Below are positions 35,201 through 44,492 of a stretch of DNA of 64,000 bases, piece after piece. Numbering within the stretch: the stretch's first letter is position 1; the number at the start of each line of letters is the position of its first letter. The notes below the pieces were generated by a model, which searched no databases, was not told the origin of the DNA, and was given only the letters and a program-made list of their open reading frames with translations. A program made the translations under genes and the position numbers. Origin of the DNA: an uncultured euryarchaeote (GTDB lineage Archaea; Thermoplasmatota; Poseidoniia; Poseidoniales; Poseidoniaceae); contig CALBRH010000033.1 of NCBI GenBank assembly GCA_937899865.1, positions 1,873-65,872 on the forward strand, read 5' to 3'.

Positions 35201-36805
35201 TTTGTTCAAGACTTTACTGAAAGTCAATTTGCTACCAGTTCTACAATACCAGTTGGTATGTCGGATACGATTGAAATGTTAATCCAGCCACCTTCAATTG
35301 TACCCAATTCAGGTTTGCAAACCTCAGTTACAATAAGTGTTAATTCGGTAACAGATCCAGTAGTAAATTGGATTATTGAATTACCAATCGAGGTTGAAGC
35401 GGTAAAATCTGTAGAGATAAGAACGGATACTTCATTGGTTAATTTATTGCCAAATTCCGATTTAGTAACGGTTTTTAACATTGAAAATAAAGGCAATGTT
35501 GCAGTCAAATTATTGCCGACATTTACCTTGCCTCAAGGAGTTCAAATTATTAGTTCTCCAGGCGCAGTGGAGTTGGGAATAGGTCAATCAGAACTTTATC
35601 TTGTTACTTTCCAACTTTCAAAGAATGCTAAGTCTGGACAAGCAACATTACACTTTGATAATGGTTCAGATAGGTTTACGTGGTCGGAAAACTTTGACAT
35701 CCAAATATTCCCACAACCAAGTTTACAATTCAAAAAAGTAGTTTTCCCTGACGATAAAGAGTATACTGCGTCTTTCTATGGCTCTGGATCTCATCCAGCA
35801 GGTGCAGAGATTCAGTTTGTTTGGCAACTTACTAATGATGCCGATATTGCATGGCAGCCAGTTGTGACACCAGTTAGTGACCCGCAATTATCTATAACGT
35901 GTGATACGCCAATAATGATTGGTTACCAAGAGTCGACAGATTTGTCTTGTACTGTATTCACTAGTTCACAGGCAGTTCCATTTAGTGAGCCGAATTTTAT
36001 CTTGAAGTTTAGTGGTTCAGGTGCTGATTATTCAGAAACGTTTTCATTATACATTGGCGGATATGAAGCAGTTTCATGGTCTGGTTTGTCATCTAATACA
36101 TTTGTAGAAGGAGAAGCAAAAGAGATACAAGTTTTGGCCACTAATTCAGGAACATTACCGTTTAATCATGTGATTTCGGGTTCTTCAAATCAAGGTTGGA
36201 AAATTGAGGTGGTTGGTGATGGCATAGTTGATCTGGCAGTTGGGGAATCTAATACAATCAAATTGTTAGTTACTCCAACTTCAGATGGATTATCTGATAT
36301 TTCTTTGACTTTCAATACGGCAGAAAATGCGGATACTGCAACATATCTTTTCACTGCCAATGCTGAAAAACAAAGTTCAGAATCAGCTGCCTTTGGCCTG
36401 CCTGCAACTCAAATCGGATTGATTGCAATTTTAATTATCGCACTAATAGGTGCTGGAATATTAATTCTCAAACCCAAATCACCAAAGCAACACATACCAA
36501 TTATGCCGTTACCAGTCAATACATTGACAAATCAACAAATTATTCCGAGGCAATCTCCAATGATGGCGTCACAAGTACCTGCCAAGGCGTTAAGTATACC
36601 GCCTCCTCAAGAAACTATTACCCCAGTACAACAAAAGCAGGCACCAATTTGCTGGCAATGCCGCAGTCCGATAGTCGGCAAAGTGGTAGGTTGTCCGAAA
36701 TGTGGTGCAAGGTATTGTGGTGATGATTCAGAAAGTTGTGAAATTTCGACTCTAGAAGAATGTTTGAGTTGTCAATCTCCAGCCTCGACATTCATCAGTG
36801 AGTAG
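32216..36805 (+). CDS. Subtilisin-like (S8) serine protease fused to many Ig/CARDB-like repeats, with a TM anchor and a cytoplasmic Cys-rich zinc-ribbon tail
   Basis: The catalytic triad is in canonical context: VAVADSGLD, GHGTHVS, GTSMATPNAAG. TM helix IGLIAILIIALIGAGILIL. Tail CWQC...CPKCGARYC...C...CLSC. Confidence 0.9.
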   Translation: MQSRRSVGAVMFLVTLFILQSASQLAINGPSNVEVVDDINQIERVYFELRDDVFSEAVGTYNYNEFLEDRLIQANTIIGTFDEYGLELSRPISAEWLQPRDDLMLVLASNDVNLKDVRMEINALEGLVIREYLPPSGLVLQGTQSALNKAANLESIVAVHNVPLALILQAELQDVLLLQDSESALLGERMRIEGWFGENGPEQTVSFSDESSEVKQDIADVVDLAFDNIIQWDIGRYEGDLANADIISIAQQPSVSVIRFNPVFEIQNNNARSHMKINNMATYFTTDLDGSGQIVAVADSGLDEDHGDFGTRVVANNDVINDGSTADRWSGHGTHVSCTVLGDGYRGGYAGVAPEAQLYFQAMENDNTGNFQSPSLNSLINSAYSAGARTHTNSWGNNGGFGEYSSESRDVDDRASNYDRYYSGGEGLTILFAAGNDGPDSDTVSPPATAKNVITVGMHQNRYQGAPDYIMQGSSRGPVDDGRIKPDVLAPGGYVWSCRAQEAADTGGASGSSTWYLEYTGTSMATPNAAGASAMIREYLEEIALRESPQGALVKALLILGAEDVGSRDIPNSDEGWGRVNLRNSLAPPDGQGVWVDDRSLLSATGNSKSYTFDIDQSGDQFKAVLAWSDEAASTWSSTQLVNNLNLEVTDPNGLTYLGNDFANGRSTTGGNTDTLNNVEVVLIDSAIIGTWTVEVINANHGGSRGQPYSLAIMGHGINDLKPDLVTVDDGFLIDIAIPSVGQETELECVIENTGNIRSNPFDVTLEVDGVEISSQSMELGGGSQRTLVWSWTPQTAGANTVSFIIDKDDNIVETLETNNRQDIIVNVSEPGVAITSTQQIQQLQNSEQTSTTWQINLQNTGLLSTNASIVESPITFLEDGSELNWYVGMSGSQYELQGSESVELTVTVVHPKSPTPGTYRIVVIATDLDNSITTSFDLDMVVGEIPNIGIESDYDVIPVSPIEATSVPLYLFNYGNTEIAYDLQVQPPNGWDAYFVQDFTESQFATSSTIPVGMSDTIEMLIQPPSIVPNSGLQTSVTISVNSVTDPVVNWIIELPIEVEAVKSVEIRTDTSLVNLLPNSDLVTVFNIENKGNVAVKLLPTFTLPQGVQIISSPGAVELGIGQSELYLVTFQLSKNAKSGQATLHFDNGSDRFTWSENFDIQIFPQPSLQFKKVVFPDDKEYTASFYGSGSHPAGAEIQFVWQLTNDADIAWQPVVTPVSDPQLSITCDTPIMIGYQESTDLSCTVFTSSQAVPFSEPNFILKFSGSGADYSETFSLYIGGYEAVSWSGLSSNTFVEGEAKEIQVLATNSGTLPFNHVISGSSNQGWKIEVVGDGIVDLAVGESNTIKLLVTPTSDGLSDISLTFNTAENADTATYLFTANAEKQSSESAAFGLPATQIGLIAILIIALIGAGILILKPKSPKQHIPIMPLPVNTLTNQQIIPRQSPMMASQVPAKALSIPPPQETITPVQQKQAPICWQCRSPIVGKVVGCPKCGARYCGDDSESCEISTLEECLSCQSPASTFISE

Positions 36806-36874
36806 TTATTTTTTGTTAAAATAACATAAACATGAAAGGATAGGCTTTTGATACTAAGTCGTTCACCCCTAAAC

Positions 36875-39800
36875 ATGGTCAACCGAGGGGAAACCGTATC
36901 TCGTTCTAATCGAGCAGCATTTTTCCTTGTCAGTTTGATGCTAGTTTCAATGTTGCCAATGATAGCAACACCTGTTTCAGCTGCTCCAAGTATTAACCTA
37001 TATGTGACTCCAAATTCGCAAACTGTAAACCCAGGAGATTCTGGAGAATACACTGTTAGAGTAACAAATACTGGAAGCGATCCTGTAACAGTTAATTTAC
37101 AATCAAGTAATGAGCCAGGTGAAGATTGTAATGGTTTTACATCAGCAATTGGGCAAATACCTGGTCAAATAGATGCAGGCCAAACAGAAGAAACAACAAT
37201 GAATGTCACAGTCGGACAAACTGTAGAAGCAGATACTGCCTGTGATACCACAGTTACTGCAACTATTACTGCAGTCATCGGTGCTCCAGCTGCTGAGATA
37301 CCAGAACCTTCTACTCAAACTGTTACTACAACCGCAGGCGATGGCGCTGGCGGCGCATTATGGGGAGTTGACCTTTATTTTGACGGCGTCAAAGATAGAA
37401 ACCAAAAGACACTAACTTACACAGGTTCATCATCGGAAATTAGATACGAGATTACTGTTGAAAACACTGGGCAACAAAATTCGACTACAGTTAACTTGAC
37501 TTTAGTAGAACGAGATGATAGTGGATGTGGGAATGCAGGTGGCTTAACTGCTGAGTTAAGTGATAATACTGTGACATTAGATGCCGAAGACGAGGATGAT
37601 GATGATGCAAACAAACAAGTTGTATATGTCGATGTTGAAGTGCCAGACGGCCAAGAAGCAGATGACTATTGTTGGGAGGTTACAGGTACGGTTACAACGC
37701 CAAATCCTACTGAAGAGATTTCGGATACGGTTGATTTGGAACTTGAGGTTCCTGTACTCAAAGAGTGTTCTATGTCATTATCAAAGACAAGTATGAACCT
37801 AAATCCTGGGCAGGAGGGGACCTTCACTGCAACCCTAACCAATGACGGAAATAGTGATTGGTCAGTATCAATGGCGCGCACCGGGGAGCGAGCAAGTTGG
37901 GTCTCTTTTGATGGACCATCTAGTGGAGTGTTACCTTATGATGATGGTTCTGGTACGAAAACTTTTGATTTGATCGTCGTGCCGGATGACTCGGAAAATG
38001 CAGGTTCATCCAATTCGATTACCATTCAAGCAAAAGATGGCAATACTATGAAATGTAGCAAAGTGATTTCAATCGTGTTAGGACAATCTTTTGGCGCCGA
38101 ATTAAGTCTTACTACAAGCTCATTAGGCCCTATCGAGCCAGGTGAAAATAGAACATCTTCTCTAACAATTACCAATACAGGAAATGGGCAAGATAACTTG
38201 AGGATATCTGTTTCATCACCACCTTCTGGCTGGGGCATACAACTTGACCAATCAACTGTTACCGTTAATAGCAGGCATGGATCTGGGAAATCAGCCAATG
38301 TCCAATATACGGTAACAGTCCCTCTTGATGCACTTGCGACCGAAAGCATAGAACTTACATTTTCAGTATTGCCTGCAGGTGGTGGAGCAGCGTACCAAAC
38401 AAAAATACTGACTGTTACTGTGAGTGAAACACATGGCATGGCTACAAGTTCGATAATTCCAATTGATAATCAAGGATATATTTCGCAAACCGGCGATTAT
38501 AATGACATTTTAGTGTTCCCAATCGAGGTTGAAAACCTAGGAAATAACGATGATGTATTCCGCTTTTACACTAAACAACAACGACCTTCGTCAGGCGGAA
38601 ATTGGGATATAACATTCACTGATTCTCAAGATAATCAACAAACTGAGTTTAATATCCCAGCGCGACAAATTGTGGTGATAAATGTCAATGTGTTAGTGCC
38701 CAATGTTGGAAATTACAACAATAATGACATCATAATCGAAGTAACAAATTTAGAACACTCCACCAACGCAGATGAGAATGATGACGGCTTGCCGGATAAT
38801 AAAGCTCAGTTCAGTATTCGAGCAATAAAAAACAACATCACTTACGTCATGGACGCAAGATTTGGCGATGGTGAATATAATTCTGTGACCATCGACAATA
38901 AAGCCGCCTCGGCCGTGTTGGCGCCTGAGGGTGTAGTGAGTTTTGAATTTTGGATTGAAAATATTGGAACTCCCCAAGAAGGTCCAGCAGGCCTTCTGCG
39001 ATCAGATTTGGCAGTTATTGACGTCAACGGGCTAGAAGGAATAGCCACAAGACAGATTCTAATTGACGGAGAATTGTATGATGAAAGTATACCAATTACT
39101 ACTAAAGTTGGTATATTTAATCTAACCAGCCAATCATATCTTACCGACGAAGACGGAAACATAATCTTGGCAGAGTTGGAATCTGCAATGTCCAACTACA
39201 TAAATGGAACAAATATATCAATGGATGATAAAGAAATAAGAAAATTCAAGCAAAAGGTCACAGTTATTGTTGAAGTAAACCCTACTGCGCAAACTGGTGA
39301 CGCCGGAATTCTCGAAATAGTCGTCTTTAGTCAGAATAATGCTGCTGATAGAACTTCAGGAAGGATTATTCTAAATTTGGAAGTTCAAACGATTTATGAT
39401 ATTCAATTCAGCGAAGAGGTTGAGTTGTATCATGAACTAGAATATCCTGACCGAAAGAGCATTCCTGTGACCATTGTTAATGATGGTAATACTCGAACTG
39501 AATTCATAATTTATACACCAGAAGGATTCCGTGGATGGTCTATCTTGCTAGAAGAAGATAATACTGAATGCAAAGATTTCGATGAAGATCTAAAGTGTAC
39601 ATTGGACACTGGTGCTTCGACGACAATCGAGGTAATTGTTAGACCACCTAATAACGCAGAAATCAAAGATAACTATACCTTTACTCTGTCCGTAGAGCCG
39701 ACTGAAATCGGTGTTGTAGGTAGAGAAAACATTGAGATTTCAGTATTGGGTCAGCCAGATGAGGGCATTCTTGGTCTTGGACTTTCACAAGAAGAAATTG

Positions 39801-39898
39801 CTAGTGGAATATATTTCATTGTCGCCTTACTATTTGTTGGACTGTTATATCGTGTTGGAAAACCAACAATTTCTCAACTATTTCGTAGGAAAAAGTAA
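36875..39898 (+). CDS. Surface (S-layer/adhesin-like) protein with repeated beta-sandwich modules and a C-terminal TM anchor
   Basis: Signal peptide ending PVSA-AP. Recurrent blocks of the type 'xYTVTVTNTGN' (CARDB/NEW3-like). C-terminal anchor IYFIVALLFVGLLY followed by RRKK. The track start is a TTG at 36848. Confidence 0.7.
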   Translation: MVNRGETVSRSNRAAFFLVSLMLVSMLPMIATPVSAAPSINLYVTPNSQTVNPGDSGEYTVRVTNTGSDPVTVNLQSSNEPGEDCNGFTSAIGQIPGQIDAGQTEETTMNVTVGQTVEADTACDTTVTATITAVIGAPAAEIPEPSTQTVTTTAGDGAGGALWGVDLYFDGVKDRNQKTLTYTGSSSEIRYEITVENTGQQNSTTVNLTLVERDDSGCGNAGGLTAELSDNTVTLDAEDEDDDDANKQVVYVDVEVPDGQEADDYCWEVTGTVTTPNPTEEISDTVDLELEVPVLKECSMSLSKTSMNLNPGQEGTFTATLTNDGNSDWSVSMARTGERASWVSFDGPSSGVLPYDDGSGTKTFDLIVVPDDSENAGSSNSITIQAKDGNTMKCSKVISIVLGQSFGAELSLTTSSLGPIEPGENRTSSLTITNTGNGQDNLRISVSSPPSGWGIQLDQSTVTVNSRHGSGKSANVQYTVTVPLDALATESIELTFSVLPAGGGAAYQTKILTVTVSETHGMATSSIIPIDNQGYISQTGDYNDILVFPIEVENLGNNDDVFRFYTKQQRPSSGGNWDITFTDSQDNQQTEFNIPARQIVVINVNVLVPNVGNYNNNDIIIEVTNLEHSTNADENDDGLPDNKAQFSIRAIKNNITYVMDARFGDGEYNSVTIDNKAASAVLAPEGVVSFEFWIENIGTPQEGPAGLLRSDLAVIDVNGLEGIATRQILIDGELYDESIPITTKVGIFNLTSQSYLTDEDGNIILAELESAMSNYINGTNISMDDKEIRKFKQKVTVIVEVNPTAQTGDAGILEIVVFSQNNAADRTSGRIILNLEVQTIYDIQFSEEVELYHELEYPDRKSIPVTIVNDGNTRTEFIIYTPEGFRGWSILLEEDNTECKDFDEDLKCTLDTGASTTIEVIVRPPNNAEIKDNYTFTLSVEPTEIGVVGRENIEISVLGQPDEGILGLGLSQEEIASGIYFIVALLFVGLLYRVGKPTISQLFRRKK

Positions 39899-40080
39899 GC
39901 AGTTTTCTTGACTGCGATAAACCAGCATATATCGGACTTTTTTGAATGGTAGAAGTGTTGAATAAAGACGTGGTTTAAACCGGGTTTCAAACGGGAAAAA
40001 AAATCAAACATTTGGCAACCCTTATTGAGGGGTAATTATTGGAAGGTTTGCTAAGCGTATGCTTTGCACTGGGTGAATCA

Positions 40081-40566
40081 ATGTCCGGACTAGAATCAGT
40101 GCCAAGTGCGTATCTCTCAATTGGCTTTCTAACCGTTGTTGGGATACTGATGCCGCTTACGAATTTCATCATTACTTGGGTGGTAAGGCCACGAGTAGAT
40201 CCAGCCCGTCCACACATCACTAAATCTTACCTTTTAGAAGGATATGAAAGAGATCACAGTTTGTATCCAAGAAGACTAACCACTTTTGAGTGTGGTAGTG
40301 AGCCAGTTGGAGAAGCAATGATCCAATTCCATTTCCAGTATTACTGGTATGCCATCATTTTCCTAGTTTTCGATGTAGCATTCATGTTCTTAGTTCTTGG
40401 TGGCATGGTTGCTTCAGACGCAACAGCCCAAGACTTAGCTGACAGCGCAAGAGAGGGAGCAGTAGCCAAAGCCAAAGACGCTCTATTGGTGTTATGTGGC
40501 TACTTTGCCATAATGTCACTCGGCGTGTGGTATGTGTTCAGAAAAAGAGGCAGAATATACATTTGA
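40081..40566 (+). CDS. nuoA: NADH-quinone oxidoreductase (complex I-like) subunit A
   Basis: Motifs FECGSEPVG and FHFQYYWYAIIFLVFDV. Start set at the ATG after a GGTGA site (the track uses a TTG at 40039). Confidence 0.85.
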   Translation: MSGLESVPSAYLSIGFLTVVGILMPLTNFIITWVVRPRVDPARPHITKSYLLEGYERDHSLYPRRLTTFECGSEPVGEAMIQFHFQYYWYAIIFLVFDVAFMFLVLGGMVASDATAQDLADSAREGAVAKAKDALLVLCGYFAIMSLGVWYVFRKRGRIYI

Positions 40567-40575
40567 GGTGAAATC

Positions 40576-41169
40576 ATGGCAGATCCTGGAGAAAACTTTG
40601 CAGCATTTAACAGCCGAGCATTAGTTGAAATGGTTGGCGGAGTTACCGATGAAGCCCTCAAAGTAACCCGAATAAAACAATTCTTGAGTGTTCTTGCCGG
40701 ACGATTTTTCAATTGGGCCGGTAGAAAATCTCTGTTCACATTGCACCTTGGTATCAAGTGTTGCGCGATTGAAATGGCTGCAGCGGCAACTCCAAGATTT
40801 GACGGCGACAGATTCGGAGTTCTATTCCGTTCCTCGCCTAGACAATCAGATGTGTTATTGGTAAATGGGCCAATCTCAAAGAAATTCGCAGATAAAATTG
40901 TTAGATTGTGGGAGCAGATGCCAGAGCCAAAATATTGTATCGCCATGGGCGAATGTGCAATTTCAGGCGGCCCTTACTTCCAATCTTACAACATCTTAGA
41001 AGGCGTAGACACAGTGATTCCAGTTGACGTATACATTCCAGGATGCCCGCCAAGGCCAGAGGCTTTGATCGACGGATTTGGTTTGTTGCGCGAGAAGATA
41101 ATTAGAATTGGTGGTGCTCCAAGTTCTGGTAGGGATTCTGAAAAGCCAATTATTGTAGGTGATGAGTAA
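40576..41169 (+). CDS. nuoB: Complex I subunit B
   Basis: Motifs GIKCCAIEM, GECAISGGPY and IPGCPPRPEAL (ligands of the N2 cluster). Confidence 0.95.
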   Translation: MADPGENFAAFNSRALVEMVGGVTDEALKVTRIKQFLSVLAGRFFNWAGRKSLFTLHLGIKCCAIEMAAAATPRFDGDRFGVLFRSSPRQSDVLLVNGPISKKFADKIVRLWEQMPEPKYCIAMGECAISGGPYFQSYNILEGVDTVIPVDVYIPGCPPRPEALIDGFGLLREKIIRIGGAPSSGRDSEKPIIVGDE

Positions 41170-41822
41170 TGGGCATGGCAATCACTCTGGAACAAAATGC
41201 AGCAGCAGTTACTGAATGCGCTGATGCAATAAATGACCGTTTTAGTGGCAGCGGAATTAACGCCGACATCATCCAACATTCAAATGCTAAAAAATACTCA
41301 TTTGTTAGAATAATTGCTCCACCACAACATTGGCAAGCACTTGCAAAGTGGATGAAGTTCGAGTTAGGAGTGAATTATTGCTCGATGATTACTGGCACCC
41401 ATTTCCCCGATGGAGGAGACGAGAGAGGCTGGGAAGTAGTCTATCATTTGCTGCGCCAACCAATCGTCAATCAAGTTCCAAACACCAATACTGTATTTGT
41501 TGCTGAAAAAATGCTTGGCACCCAAGTACCAGTTGAATTTGAGATAATTATCAGCCTGCCAAATAACGATACACCATCTATACCAACTGTTCAGCATGTT
41601 TGGAATGGTGCAGATTGGAATGAAAAAGAAACCTGGGATTTAGTTGGAATCAATTTCGAAGGGCATGATAATATGCATAGAGTACTAAATCCACACGATA
41701 GCCCAGAAGGCTTTCATCCCCTACAGAAACAACACAAAATACGTTACCATGATTATAATGAAATGTATGATGACGCACAAGGCTTCGGTAGAAAACCGGC
41801 AGATGAGGGCCGGGTAAAGTGA
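41169..41822 (+). CDS. nuoC: Complex I subunit C (30-kDa)
   Basis: Called from position, size, the YHL / WNGADWxEKExWDLxGIxFEGH block, and HPL. It has a TAATG overlap with nuoB. Confidence 0.85.
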   Translation: MGMAITLEQNAAAVTECADAINDRFSGSGINADIIQHSNAKKYSFVRIIAPPQHWQALAKWMKFELGVNYCSMITGTHFPDGGDERGWEVVYHLLRQPIVNQVPNTNTVFVAEKMLGTQVPVEFEIIISLPNNDTPSIPTVQHVWNGADWNEKETWDLVGINFEGHDNMHRVLNPHDSPEGFHPLQKQHKIRYHDYNEMYDDAQGFGRKPADEGRVK

Positions 41823-41831
41823 GGTGAGATT

Positions 41832-42971
41832 ATGGCACAAATGTGGATTACAATGGGGCCTCAACATCCTATGACGCATGGCTTGTGGACTTTGAGGGTC
41901 AAGGTTGACGGTGAAACAGTTGTCGATACAGAAGCTGAACTAGGTTATATCCATCGTGGAGTAGAAAAAATCTGCGAAGCTAGGGATTTCACCCAAGTAA
42001 CACCGTATTGTGATAGGCTTTGCTATGTTAGTGCAATGACTTGGTCTAACTCGTACATCTATGCGGCAGAAGATTTACTCGAAGCGGATGTCCCTGAAAG
42101 AGCAGAATACATTCGACTGCTCGCCGCTGAATTACAAAGGCTCGCTAGTCACTTGATGTGGCTGGGTGCTTTTGGCCCAGATATAGGCAATCTAACTTTG
42201 ATGACCTGGTGTATGAGGGACAGAGAAATGTTCCTTGATTTATTACAAGAATTAGGCGGCTCAAGAATGCACTACAATTATCCAAGAATTGGTGGTGTTA
42301 AGCGAGATATCCCAATTGGCTTTGCAGACCGTATGATTGCCAAGGTAAAATTGTTTGAAAAGCGAATTGAAGAATATGAAATGATGCTTGATGAATCAAC
42401 TATATGGTTGGTTAGGCTTCAAGGAGTAGGTTATGCTAATGCAGAGGAAATGGTCGATGCAGGCGTATCAGGTCCAAATGTTCGTGCTGCTGGCGTAAAT
42501 TACGATATTCGTTGGGCTCACCCTTATTCAGTGTATGATGAAATCGATTGGGAGCCAGCAGTTGAAAAACCAACCTCGGTTAAAGGAGCAGATTGCTACG
42601 ATAGATACCGTGTAAGAATTGAGGAGATGCGTCAATCATGCCGTATGTTACTAGATGCCATAGAGAAAATCCCAGGTGGGAAGAATACACATTATACAAA
42701 TGGCGATGAAATGATTTACACTAAGGCGCCTACAAGAGCTCCTGAAGGAGCTACTGGTTTCAGTAATTATGAGTGTACTAGAGGAGCTTCACAGTTTTAC
42801 ATCCAAGGCGGAGGCGAGGGTAGAGGAAAAATGCCCTACAGGCTATCCATTCGTTCTCCAATGTTTATCACAATACCATTTGTTGCAAAAACAATGATTG
42901 GTTACAAAGTTGCTGATATACCTGCAATAATGGGTAGTTTTGATCCTTGTATCGGAGAGACAGATCGTTGA
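41832..42971 (+). CDS. nuoD: Complex I subunit D (49-kDa)
   Basis: Motifs MGPQHPMTHG, LGYIHRGVEK and ERLASHLMWLG. Confidence 0.95.
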   Translation: MAQMWITMGPQHPMTHGLWTLRVKVDGETVVDTEAELGYIHRGVEKICEARDFTQVTPYCDRLCYVSAMTWSNSYIYAAEDLLEADVPERAEYIRLLAAELQRLASHLMWLGAFGPDIGNLTLMTWCMRDREMFLDLLQELGGSRMHYNYPRIGGVKRDIPIGFADRMIAKVKLFEKRIEEYEMMLDESTIWLVRLQGVGYANAEEMVDAGVSGPNVRAAGVNYDIRWAHPYSVYDEIDWEPAVEKPTSVKGADCYDRYRVRIEEMRQSCRMLLDAIEKIPGGKNTHYTNGDEMIYTKAPTRAPEGATGFSNYECTRGASQFYIQGGGEGRGKMPYRLSIRSPMFITIPFVAKTMIGYKVADIPAIMGSFDPCIGETDR

Positions 42972-42980
42972 GGTGAAATC

Positions 42981-44483
42981 ATGGATGACAAGTATGATTT
43001 AAGGGAACTGATTTTCTCAACTTTTAATGACTTGATACCTTCATTGCTTGAGGGAACACCAGTAGAAGATAGTTCGGAGGCAATAGCCTTTGGATTAGCG
43101 ACATTTGCTGTAGTCAACATTGTGTTCTTGATGCTGTTTTTCTCTCAGTTCGCTATATTGTGGATTGAACGTAAGGCTGTTGCAAGAATGAATGACCGCC
43201 GTGGTGCTACAACTGCGCTTCGTTCACTTTGGGTTGGTGAAAATGGAGTTACTGCTGGAGATTGGTGGAACATGTTGCCATTCGGCTTAGGCAAACCTAT
43301 CGGTGCTTTGAACAAATGGCTGAATAAGAAATTTGGCAATCGTGATGAAAAATTTGCGACCGTAGACAGAGTAAACAATCGTTCTTGGATGGGATATTCA
43401 ATTTTCCCAGGTTTCTTCCAAAACGTCGCTGATGGTATGAAATTCCTTGTCAAAGAGCACATGGTGCCGCAACGTGCCGACCGATTAATTTTCGAAGTTT
43501 CACCGTTTTTGATTGTTTCTTCAACTCTACTTATTCTTGGAATTATTCCTCTATCTAGCGGAATCTATGCAACGAATCCAGAATTGTCAATCTTGTATGC
43601 AATTGCAATCTTTGGAATCGCTCCAATCGGTGTTTTCTTTGCAGGTTGGTCTTCTAACAATAAATATACTTTGATTGGTGGAATAAGGTCAGCGGCTCAG
43701 TTGACAGCCTATGAGATTCCTTTATTGTTGACTCTGCTTTCAGTTGCACTCCTAACAGGTACTTTCAATATCATTGAGAGTATTCATTTCCAGCACTCAG
43801 CAGGTTCTTGGAACCTATTCCTGATGCCTCTTGGCGCTGCTCTATTCTTGTTGACTATGATTGCTGAGGTCGAAAGAGTTCCATTCGATATGCCTGAGGC
43901 AGAAGCCGAATTGGTTGAAGGATGGTGGACTGAGTACGGCGGTATGCGATTTGGTATGCTGTTTATGGCTGAATATATTCGAACATATGCAGCCTGTTTC
44001 CTATTCACGCACTTCTTCCTTGGAGGTTGGCATTTACCATTCCAAGGACTGATCAGTCAAGTACCAGTGCTTGGTGATCTTTACTTGTTAATCCCTGGTG
44101 CTATTGTAGTTCTACTCAAATCATGGTTAGTATTCTTACTTGTCTTCGTTTGGGCAAGATTCTCTCTTGCAAGAATTAGAACTGATCAAATTCTTGAATT
44201 TGGTTGGAGAATCTTGTTGCCGCTTGCAGTATTGCAAGTTGTACTCGCTGGAATTTACCGCTTGTACTTATTTGACCCAACCGCAATGAAAGATACCGCT
44301 GCTGGTGGATGGGCTTGGGATGCATTTGGCATTCCTATGTTTGTGCCAATTGTAACAACAATTGTTTGGTTAGGAATCTTCGTTTTATTCCTCAATGATG
44401 AGGATAAAAGTGGAAATACAGAGCGTATGTTCCACGTCTATACAGAAAAGCCTGCGGGAACTTATGTCCCGGGGCAGGAGTGA
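42981..44483 (+). CDS. nuoH: Complex I subunit H, enlarged (500 aa)
   Basis: ERKAVARMNDRRG ... ADGMKFLVKE ... AEVERVPFDMPEAEAELVEGWWTEYGGMRFG. There is a ~60-aa insertion after the ERK motif and an N-terminal extension. Confidence 0.9.
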   Translation: MDDKYDLRELIFSTFNDLIPSLLEGTPVEDSSEAIAFGLATFAVVNIVFLMLFFSQFAILWIERKAVARMNDRRGATTALRSLWVGENGVTAGDWWNMLPFGLGKPIGALNKWLNKKFGNRDEKFATVDRVNNRSWMGYSIFPGFFQNVADGMKFLVKEHMVPQRADRLIFEVSPFLIVSSTLLILGIIPLSSGIYATNPELSILYAIAIFGIAPIGVFFAGWSSNNKYTLIGGIRSAAQLTAYEIPLLLTLLSVALLTGTFNIIESIHFQHSAGSWNLFLMPLGAALFLLTMIAEVERVPFDMPEAEAELVEGWWTEYGGMRFGMLFMAEYIRTYAACFLFTHFFLGGWHLPFQGLISQVPVLGDLYLLIPGAIVVLLKSWLVFLLVFVWARFSLARIRTDQILEFGWRILLPLAVLQVVLAGIYRLYLFDPTAMKDTAAGGWAWDAFGIPMFVPIVTTIVWLGIFVLFLNDEDKSGNTERMFHVYTEKPAGTYVPGQE

Positions 44484-44492
44484 GGTGAAAAT

